Shown here piece by piece: positions 30,530-38,263 of a stretch of DNA of 64,000 bases. The stretch is from an uncultured Rhodospirillales bacterium (GTDB lineage: Bacteria > Pseudomonadota > Alphaproteobacteria > ATCC43930 > CGMCC-115725). A program made the position numbers and the translations under genes. The notes under the pieces were generated by a model. That model searched no databases. It was not told the origin of the DNA and saw only the letters and a list, made by a program, of their open reading frames with translations. Positions within the stretch are counted from its first letter, which is position 1. Each line of letters starts with the position of its first letter. The DNA lies in the NCBI GenBank assembly GCA_903828515.1, contig CAIKMD010000007.1, positions 1,208,706 to 1,272,705 on the forward strand. The letters run 5' to 3'.

Positions 30530-31948
30530 ATGGCCGGAGCCGCCAAGAATATCATCCCCCTGATCGTCGCCTGTTCTCTCTTCATGGAGAGCCTCGATTC
30601 GACGATCATCGCGACGGCTCTGCCGACGATCGCGCACTCCCTCGACGAAGACCCTCTGAAGCTCAATCTCGCGATCACCTGTTATTTGTTGAGCCTGTCG
30701 ATCTTCATTCCGCTCAGCGGCTGGATGGCCGATCGATTCGGCGCGCGCGCCGTGTTTCGCGCGGCGATCGCGGTGTTCTGCATCGGCTCGATCTGCTGCG
30801 GTCTTTCCAACACTTTGTCGGAATTCGTCGCGTCACGGATGCTTCAGGGCATGGGCGGCGCGCTGATGTCGCCGGTCGGGCGGTTTGTCATGCTGCGCAG
30901 CGTCCCTAAATCGGAATTGATGCGGGCGATGATTATCGTCACGACCCCCGCGATGTTGGGTCCGGTGTTCGGGCCGCCCTTGGGCGGTCTGATCGTTACC
31001 TATTTCTCGTGGCGCTGGATCTTCTTCATCAACGTGCCGATCGCCCTCATCGGCATCGTCCTGGTCACGATGTTCGTCGACAATCTGCGCGACGATAATG
31101 TCCGGCCGCTCGATCTACCGGGGTTTCTCCTCACCGGCTTCGGGTTGTGCGGCCTCGTCTTCGGCTTCGAGGTCGCGGGGCGCGGCGGTTTGTCGGTCAC
31201 GACCGTGATCGCGATGATGGTCGCCGGCGCGATCTGCCTCACGCTTTACGTCTGGCACGCGCGCCGCACCGCCTTTCCGGTGATCGATCTCGATCTTCTC
31301 AAAATCCCCACTTTCCGCATTGCGGTGACCGGCGGGACGCTCACGCGCATCGGTATCGGCGCGTTGCCGTTTTTGTTGCCGCTCATGCTGCAACTGGGCT
31401 TCGGCTACACGCCGATCGAGTCGGGCCTGTTGACCTTCGCCAGCGCGGCCGGCGCGATGCTGATGCGGGTTACCGCGACGCCCATCATCCGTGCTTTCGG
31501 GTATCGGCGAACGCTCGTCTTCAATGCTTTTCTCACGTCGGCCCTATTGGGGGTCAACGCGTTCTGGACCCCGACCACGCCGGTCGTGGTGATCTTCGCC
31601 GTCCTGCTGTTCGGTGGGTTCTTCCGGTCGCTGCAGTTCAGCGCGGTCAACACACTGGGTTATTCCGACGTGCCGATCGCGATGATGAGTCGCGCGACCC
31701 CCTTTGCCAGCATGGCGCAGCAACTCGCGATGAGCATCGGGGTCGGCATCGGCGCGCTGTTCCTGCATCTGACGTTGCTGATGCGCCATGACGCGGTTCT
31801 GACGGCGGGCGATTTCATGCCGGCGTTTATCGGGGTCGGTCTTCTCTCGTTGGTCTCGCTGCCGCTGTTTCTGCAACTGGAACCGGATGCCGGGGCTTCG
31901 GTGATCGGCGGCCATCGGGCAACAGCCGTCGAAGAAGAAAACGAGTAG
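30530..31948 (+). CDS. MFS transporter, 14-TM DHA2 (EmrB/QacA)-like
   Basis: LFMESLDSTIIATALPTIA...GWMADRFGAR...MLQGMGGALMSP are typical DHA2 N-terminal motifs. The protein is multi-TM throughout. Confidence 0.88.
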   Translation: MAGAAKNIIPLIVACSLFMESLDSTIIATALPTIAHSLDEDPLKLNLAITCYLLSLSIFIPLSGWMADRFGARAVFRAAIAVFCIGSICCGLSNTLSEFVASRMLQGMGGALMSPVGRFVMLRSVPKSELMRAMIIVTTPAMLGPVFGPPLGGLIVTYFSWRWIFFINVPIALIGIVLVTMFVDNLRDDNVRPLDLPGFLLTGFGLCGLVFGFEVAGRGGLSVTTVIAMMVAGAICLTLYVWHARRTAFPVIDLDLLKIPTFRIAVTGGTLTRIGIGALPFLLPLMLQLGFGYTPIESGLLTFASAAGAMLMRVTATPIIRAFGYRRTLVFNAFLTSALLGVNAFWTPTTPVVVIFAVLLFGGFFRSLQFSAVNTLGYSDVPIAMMSRATPFASMAQQLAMSIGVGIGALFLHLTLLMRHDAVLTAGDFMPAFIGVGLLSLVSLPLFLQLEPDAGASVIGGHRATAVEEENE

Positions 31949-31954
31949 GGTGCG

Positions 31955-33181
31955 TCAGCGCCCGAGTCGCTGACTGGTGGCGGTTGCGAGGAAGATCGCG
32001 GAGGTGACCACCAGCAGCGCGGCGCACAAGCCGATGCCGCCGCTGATACCAAGCCAGGGTTGATCGACGCAGAATCCGGCGAAGATCGGCCCGGTGATCG
32101 CGCCCAGATCGGTGGTCATACGCATCGAGCCCATCACCGCGCCGACACTGCCCGGCGGCGCCGCGTCGGCCGCATAGGTCGAGACGAGGGCGGTGGTCAT
32201 CGTGGTTCCCGCACCCATCAGGATCGTGAAAGGCCAGAGCATCCAGCCGACTCCCGCGAAAGCGAGGATCGCGAGCGCCACGAGCACGATGGCGTTGGCG
32301 ACGACCATGATGGTGAACCGACCGTACCGGCGCACCATCCAGGGCATGAAGCGCAATACGACGAGGCTCGCGATCGAGCTGGCGGTCAGGAGCGCGCCGA
32401 TCGTGCCGATGCCCATGTCGAACTGGGTATGCGCGATCAGCGGCATCAAGATCCAGGACGACGCGACACGCGAGAAAAAGAGCGCATAGCTCAGCGCGGC
32501 GACGCCGGCGATCAGGGCGAGAATGCCCCGCACGCCCGGGCCTTTTTCCGAAGGTGCCGCGGCTTTGGGCCGATCGGCGGGAATGCGCATCACCGCGATG
32601 AAACCGATCAGCGCCATCACGCCCTGGCAACCGAAGGGTGCGCCATATCCCCACAACGCCGCGGCAAAACCGCCGAGACCGGGGCCGATCGACAAACCGA
32701 TCTGGGTCGCGGTCTGATAGGCGGACATGTCGCGCACGCGTGTCGTCGGCGTGCCGCGATCGGTCACGGCCGAAAGCGCCGCGGTGCCGTAACACGCCGA
32801 GCCGATGCCTTGCAGCAAAAGGCACGCGATCAGCATCGGCAGGCTCTGGACCAAGAGGGCGACGAAAGACGAGAGCGCGATCGTGAGCAGCCCGAACATC
32901 ATCACGCGCGTCCGGCCGAGCCGTTCCGAGATCATGCCGGCCGGGACACTGACGATGAGGCGCGACAGGCCAAAGGCCGATATCGTGGCGCCGGCGGTCG
33001 CGGCGCTCGCGCCGAGCTCCGTGGCATAAACGGTGAGGACCGACCACACCATGCCGATCCCCGTATAGGTGAAGAACATGCCGAGCAGCAGACCGACGGG
33101 CGGACCCGCGGCGTCGCTGCTGGGGCTCCACCATCGCCCGAAAAGGTCGCTCACGAATTTCATGTGGCGCGACGCTAGCAC
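31955..33181 (-). CDS. MFS transporter (12-TM)
   Basis: 408-aa hydrophobic protein with an MFS motif A-like GMISERLGRTRVM. Convergent with the previous gene at 6-nt spacing. Confidence 0.85.
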   Translation of the reverse strand: MLASRHMKFVSDLFGRWWSPSSDAAGPPVGLLLGMFFTYTGIGMVWSVLTVYATELGASAATAGATISAFGLSRLIVSVPAGMISERLGRTRVMMFGLLTIALSSFVALLVQSLPMLIACLLLQGIGSACYGTAALSAVTDRGTPTTRVRDMSAYQTATQIGLSIGPGLGGFAAALWGYGAPFGCQGVMALIGFIAVMRIPADRPKAAAPSEKGPGVRGILALIAGVAALSYALFFSRVASSWILMPLIAHTQFDMGIGTIGALLTASSIASLVVLRFMPWMVRRYGRFTIMVVANAIVLVALAILAFAGVGWMLWPFTILMGAGTTMTTALVSTYAADAAPPGSVGAVMGSMRMTTDLGAITGPIFAGFCVDQPWLGISGGIGLCAALLVVTSAIFLATATSQRLGR

Positions 33182-33273
33182 AGGGTGGCGGGCGGTGACA
33201 CCCGCGCGGCACCGGTTGCCAGCCTTGCGCGCGCGGCATAAGAAAGGTGTAACGAGAAATCGGGGAGGATGAC

Positions 33274-34896
33274 GTGGCGGATTACGACACCATCATCGTC
33301 GGCGCGGGCTCCGCCGGCTGCGTGCTGGCCAATCGGCTCGGCGAGGATCGCGCCAAGAGCATTCTGGTGCTCGAAGCGGGCGGCCACGACCGGCATTGGC
33401 TGCTCCGGATTCCGATCGGTGTCGCCAAGGTGTGGAACGAGCCGCGATTCAACTGGTCGTATCAGTCCGAGCCCGAACCGCATGTCGATGGGCGCAGCAT
33501 CTATCATCCGCGCGGCAAGGTGATCGGCGGGTCGTCCTCGATCAACATGATGGCCTATGTGCGCGGCAATCGCGGCGATTACGATCGCTGGCGTCAAAAG
33601 GGGCTGACCGGCTGGTCTTATGCCGATGTGCTGCCCTATTTCAAACGCGCGGAAACCTGGGAAGGCGGCGCTGACGCCTATCGCGGCGGCGACGGGCCGT
33701 TGAAGGTGCGCAAGGGCCGCAACCAGGATCCGATCTTCGACGCTTGTGTCGCGGCGGCGCCCGAATTGGGCTTGCCGGTGAACGACGATTACAACAGCGG
33801 CGATCAGGACGGCTTCACGCGCGGACAATTCACCGCGAGCGGCGGGCGCCGGTTCAGCACGGCACGCGCCTATCTTCATCCCGCGGTGAAGCGCGGCAAT
33901 GTTTCGGTCGAAGTGAACGCGCAGACCACGCGCATCCTGATGGAGGGCAACCGCGCGGTCGGCATCGAATACCTGCAATACGGCAATCTCCGTCAGGCCT
34001 ATGCGAAAGAAGTGATTCTTTCCGCGGGTTCGATCAACTCGCCGCAGATCCTGATGTTGTCCGGATTGGGGCCGGCCGATCATTTGCGCAGCGTCGGTAT
34101 CGAACCGCGCATCGATCTTCCGCAGATCGGCCGCAACCTGCAGGACCATCCGGCGATCCGTCTGGCCTATGAACGTTTGTCGCCGTCACGCCTGCCGGGC
34201 GAATTGCGGCTCGACCGGCTGACCATCAGCATGGCGCGCGCGATCTTGTTCGGCACCGGCTTTGCCGCGAACCCGCCGGGCGGGATGTATGCCTTCGTCA
34301 GAAGCGCGCCCGAGATCGACATTCCCGACCTGCAATTGTTTTGCAGCAACGCGTCGCTCTTTGCGCGCGAATGGTTTCCCGGCTGGCGCCCGCCGGCCTC
34401 GGACGTGGTCACGATGCGCGCCTGCCATCTGCGCCCCGAAAGCCGCGGCCACGTCACGCTCGCTTCGAGCGATCCGGCCGCGAAGGTGCGCATCTTCAAT
34501 AATTTCCTCTCGACCGACGCCGACCGTCGCGCGATCCGCAGCGCGTTCAATATCCTGCGCGACATCGCCCATACCAAGCCGTTCCAGGCGTTGATCGGCG
34601 CGGAACTGACGCCGGGCGTGGCGGTGCAGAGCGATGCCGAGATCGACGCTTATATCCGCCAGACCATGGACACGGTCTATCACCCGGTCGGCACCTGCCG
34701 CATGGGCAGCGACCCCGAGGCCTCGGTTAGCCTCGATTTCCGGGTGCGCGGCGTCGAGGGATTGCGCGTGGTCGATGCCTCGGTGATGCCCGACCTCACC
34801 GGCGGCAACATCAATGCCGTGGTGATCATGGTCGCCGAAAAAGCATCGGACGTGATTCGAGGGCTGGCGCCGTTACCGGCGGAGGAAGCGGCCTAA
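33274..34896 (+). CDS. GMC family FAD-dependent oxidoreductase (paralogue of 18565..20175)
   Basis: YDTIIVGAGSAGCVLANRLG, GGSSSINMMAYVRG, HPVGTCRMG...VVDASVMPDLTGGNINAVVIMVAEK. GTG start after GGGGAGGA. Confidence 0.93.
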   Translation: MADYDTIIVGAGSAGCVLANRLGEDRAKSILVLEAGGHDRHWLLRIPIGVAKVWNEPRFNWSYQSEPEPHVDGRSIYHPRGKVIGGSSSINMMAYVRGNRGDYDRWRQKGLTGWSYADVLPYFKRAETWEGGADAYRGGDGPLKVRKGRNQDPIFDACVAAAPELGLPVNDDYNSGDQDGFTRGQFTASGGRRFSTARAYLHPAVKRGNVSVEVNAQTTRILMEGNRAVGIEYLQYGNLRQAYAKEVILSAGSINSPQILMLSGLGPADHLRSVGIEPRIDLPQIGRNLQDHPAIRLAYERLSPSRLPGELRLDRLTISMARAILFGTGFAANPPGGMYAFVRSAPEIDIPDLQLFCSNASLFAREWFPGWRPPASDVVTMRACHLRPESRGHVTLASSDPAAKVRIFNNFLSTDADRRAIRSAFNILRDIAHTKPFQALIGAELTPGVAVQSDAEIDAYIRQTMDTVYHPVGTCRMGSDPEASVSLDFRVRGVEGLRVVDASVMPDLTGGNINAVVIMVAEKASDVIRGLAPLPAEEAA

Positions 34897-35828
34897 CGAT
34901 ACTTCGGCGCGATGGCGGCGAAGTTGCTGCGGCCGATCGCTTCTATCTCGGCTGCGTTGAACACGCCGGCGGCTTTCAGCCCGGTCACGTGATCGATCGA
35001 GCTGCGATAGGGGAAATCGGTGCCGAAGACGAAATGTGAATCGGGCACGATTTCGCGCGCGCAGGTCAGAGTCGTGTGATTGGCGGTCTGCGCGATGTCG
35101 TAGAAGAAACGCTTTGCCTCGGGCAGGAAACCCTCGGGCAGGATTTTCTTGTATTGCGCCATCTCGGCCATGCGGACGAAGCGCTCGATCAGATAGGGCA
35201 TGGTCCCGCCGGCATGCGACCAGATTACCCGAATGTCGGGAAAGCGGCGCGTCGTGCCCGAGAAAATCATCCGGGTGATCGCGCGCGTCGTGTCGGTGCC
35301 GAACTCGATCGTGGCATCCGCCACGCCCGGCATCAGGTTGAGGCAGCAATCGGGCACGGAGGGGTGAACATAGATGATTGCCTTGCGGCGGTTCAGTTCG
35401 GCGAAGACCGGATCGAAGGCGGGATCGCCCATCCATTTGTCGTGGTAGCAGGTGTACATGCCGACGCCGTCGGCCTTCAGGACGTCCATCCCGTATTCGA
35501 TTTCCTTGAGCGTGCCGTCGATGTCGGGCAGCGGGAGGGCGGTGAACATGCCGAAACGGCTGGGATGGTCGGCGACAAGCTTTGCCGCATAGTCGTTGCA
35601 GCTGCGCGCGAGATCGCGGCGCTGGGCGTCGCCCGAGATGTGCTTGGCGAGTTGGGTGATCGAGACGATCGAGGTGGCGACGCCGGCCTCGTCCATGTCC
35701 GCGATCGATTTGGCGATCGACCAGGTCTTGAGGTGGCTGCCGACGCCGGCGCCGCCCTGTTCCAGATAGGCCGGCGGCGCGATGTGATGATGGACGTCGA
35801 TCCAGCCTTTACCGGTCGCCTGGGCCAT
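34893..35828 (-). CDS. Amidohydrolase-2 family protein (paralogue of 17591..18547)
   Basis: IDVHHHIAPP, WSHAGG, GTDFPY. Collinear with the other amidohydrolase-2 protein in this window. Confidence 0.85.
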   Translation of the reverse strand: MAQATGKGWIDVHHHIAPPAYLEQGGAGVGSHLKTWSIAKSIADMDEAGVATSIVSITQLAKHISGDAQRRDLARSCNDYAAKLVADHPSRFGMFTALPLPDIDGTLKEIEYGMDVLKADGVGMYTCYHDKWMGDPAFDPVFAELNRRKAIIYVHPSVPDCCLNLMPGVADATIEFGTDTTRAITRMIFSGTTRRFPDIRVIWSHAGGTMPYLIERFVRMAEMAQYKKILPEGFLPEAKRFFYDIAQTANHTTLTCAREIVPDSHFVFGTDFPYRSSIDHVTGLKAAGVFNAAEIEAIGRSNFAAIAPKYR

Positions 35829-35950
35829 GGGGTCTGCTCCTGTTTTCTTCGGATGGCGACTTTAGCGCCTGGTTGGGAGGAGCGGAATTCCTGGCCCGAC
35901 GGATTGTCTTCTCATTAGACTGAACCGCGATTGCCCCATGGAGACCACCG

Positions 35951-36754
35951 ATGACCACCGGACCCAGCCGCAAGATCGCCTTCGTGCTCGCCGCGTCCGA
36001 TCACGGCACGATGATCGTCAACCGCTTCGATTACCGGATGATCGACGAGACGCGCGGCTTCGGGGTCGGACTCGACATCCTCAACACCTCGTCCTTCGAT
36101 CCAAAGGGCGTCGATCTGACGTTGTCGCTGCTCGCGCTGCGCCGCCAGTATTTCGGCGACGGCGTGCATGTCATCGATTGCGGCGCCAATATCGGCACTT
36201 TCACCCTGGAATGGGCGCGCCAGATGACCGGGTGGGGATCGGTCACCGCGATCGAGGCGCAGGAGCGAATCTATTACGCGCTCGCCGGCAACATCGCGAT
36301 CAACAACTGCTTCAACGCCCGCGCAGTGCTGGCCGCCGCCGGCGACCGGCTCGGGGTCATGAAAATCCCCGTTCTGGATTACGCGCAACCGGCGAGCTTC
36401 GGCAGCGTCGAAATCAAAAAGCGCGAGAACCCCGAATTCATCGGACAAGATCTCGATTACGCGAGCGAGCATGCCGTCGAGGTTCCCTGCATCACGCTGG
36501 ACTCGCTGGGGCTGGCACGGGTCGATCTCGTCAAGATCGATGTAGAAGGGATGGAGTTGGAGGTGCTCGCCGGCGCCGCGGGTCTGATCGAACAGTATCG
36601 CCCCATCGTGATCGCCGAGTTCATCAAGGCTGGAAAGGAACAGCTGCGGGCATGGCTGGAGGCGCGTGACTACAGCGTCACCGAATCCGACATCAATTTC
36701 GTCGCTATTCATAAATCCGATAAGACGCTGGGACACATCGCGAAAGCGCCCTGA
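35951..36754 (+). CDS. FkbM family methyltransferase
   Basis: VIDCGANIGTFT (motif I) and DLVKIDVEGMELEVLAGA (family C-terminal block). GGAGA SD 7 nt upstream of the ATG. Confidence 0.8.
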   Translation: MTTGPSRKIAFVLAASDHGTMIVNRFDYRMIDETRGFGVGLDILNTSSFDPKGVDLTLSLLALRRQYFGDGVHVIDCGANIGTFTLEWARQMTGWGSVTAIEAQERIYYALAGNIAINNCFNARAVLAAAGDRLGVMKIPVLDYAQPASFGSVEIKKRENPEFIGQDLDYASEHAVEVPCITLDSLGLARVDLVKIDVEGMELEVLAGAAGLIEQYRPIVIAEFIKAGKEQLRAWLEARDYSVTESDINFVAIHKSDKTLGHIAKAP

Positions 36755-36904
36755 ACGGGACCAACCGGCCGTTTGTCGAACGACGGTTAGGTAACATTAG
36801 GCAACACTTCGGTGCTGCTTGTTCGGTAATGCACTGAATGATAACCTCCCCGCATTAACCACGTCCGCGCGATCAACGGGGGATGTGGGGGGATTGGCAC
36901 CGAA

Positions 36905-38263
36905 ATGAGCATTGCTCCGATTCGGAGTAACCCGCCTGCGGCAGCAAGAGCGTCCCTGGCGCTCGTGTCCGAAGACGCGACTTCGGCCTCACCCGATCCG
37001 GCTACAGCATCCCCGGCGATTGCGGTTTCGTCGCCGCCCGATCAGCCCGTCGAAGAGAAACGCGCTTATCCCGCGCCCGCCGACATTCCGACGCAACATG
37101 GCCCGAAGGGCATCCGGTTCGATTTCAACAATGGCTGCCGCGTCGTCGTGCCCGAAAGCGAACACGCGTGGCACGTCCGGTTGAGCGATCTCGACACCGG
37201 CAACATCCTTTTCGATACGACGACCAAAGCCGCGCGCGTCAACAGTTCGAAACTCTACTTCGTTCGCTTTCATATCGAGATCGAGCAGAACGGCGCGAGT
37301 ATCCTGAGTCACGATTATGTCGCCCGCGATCGCGACGTGCTGATTCAGTTTCCGGTCGGCACGCTGGGCGACACGATGGGCTGGTTTCCCTATGCGGTGA
37401 AGTTTCAGGCGCTGCACGGCTGCCGCCTGACCTGCGCCATGGCCGAATGGCTCATCCCGCTGTTCCGGGATACCCATCCCGAGATCGCGTTCGTTACGCA
37501 TGACGAGGTCGAACCCGAGCGTTACTACGCGACATACAATATCGGCCTCTTCTTCGACGATAAGACCAACGTGCATCAGCCCACCGATTTCCGCCATGTC
37601 GGGCTGCACCGCACGGCGGGTTACATTCTGGGCGTGGATCCGACCGAGGTGCCGCCGCGTCTCGCGCTTGCCGAAAGCACCAGGCCGATCGCCGAGCCTT
37701 ATGTCTGCATTGCCGTGCAAAGCACGACGCAGGCGAAATACTGGAATAACCCGACCGGCTGGCGCGAAATCGTCGATTTCCTGAAGGCGCGGGGCTATCG
37801 CGTCGTCTGCATCGATCAAAAGCCGACGCATGGCACCGGTCTCGTGTGGAATCACATTCCGCACGGCGCCGAGGACGAGACCGGCGACCGTCCGCTCGAA
37901 GAGCGCGCGCGTTGGATCAAGCACGCCGATTTCTTCATTGGCCTTTCGAGCGGACTGTCATGGCTTGCCTGGGCGGTGGGCACGCCGGTCGTGCTGATCA
38001 GCGGCTTCACCTTGCCGACGAACGAGTTCGAGACGCCGTATCGGATCGTCAACTATCACACCTGCAATGGCTGCTGGAACGACCCGGCACATCGTTTCGA
38101 CCACAAGGACTTCCTGTGGTGTCCACGCCATAAAGACACGCCGCGCCAGTTCGAATGCACGCGACTCATCACCGCTCAGCAGGTGAAGGCGACGCTGCAG
38201 AAGGTACCCGGATTCGGTTCTCACGCCCTCGACACGTCCAATGACGGGACCACAGCGCCATGA
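36905..38263 (+). CDS. Autotransporter strand-loop-strand O-heptosyltransferase homologue (BAHT family; TibC/Aah-like)
   Basis: Blocks I recognise from TibC/Aah: GPKGIRFDFNNGCRVVVPE..WHVRLSDLDTGNILF; FPVGTLGDTMGWFPYAVKFQ; HRTAGYILGVDP; EPYVCIAVQSTTQAKYWNNPTGW; GLSSGLSWLAWAVGTPVVLISGFTLP. A four-Cys cluster matches the family's iron-finger (CNGCWND...DFLWCPRHKDTPRQFECTRLIT, Cys codons at 38063, 38072, 38120, 38156). There is an extra ~60-aa Pro/Ala/Ser-rich N-terminal extension. Confidence 0.88.
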   Translation: MSIAPIRSNPPAAARASLALVSEDATSASPDPATASPAIAVSSPPDQPVEEKRAYPAPADIPTQHGPKGIRFDFNNGCRVVVPESEHAWHVRLSDLDTGNILFDTTTKAARVNSSKLYFVRFHIEIEQNGASILSHDYVARDRDVLIQFPVGTLGDTMGWFPYAVKFQALHGCRLTCAMAEWLIPLFRDTHPEIAFVTHDEVEPERYYATYNIGLFFDDKTNVHQPTDFRHVGLHRTAGYILGVDPTEVPPRLALAESTRPIAEPYVCIAVQSTTQAKYWNNPTGWREIVDFLKARGYRVVCIDQKPTHGTGLVWNHIPHGAEDETGDRPLEERARWIKHADFFIGLSSGLSWLAWAVGTPVVLISGFTLPTNEFETPYRIVNYHTCNGCWNDPAHRFDHKDFLWCPRHKDTPRQFECTRLITAQQVKATLQKVPGFGSHALDTSNDGTTAP

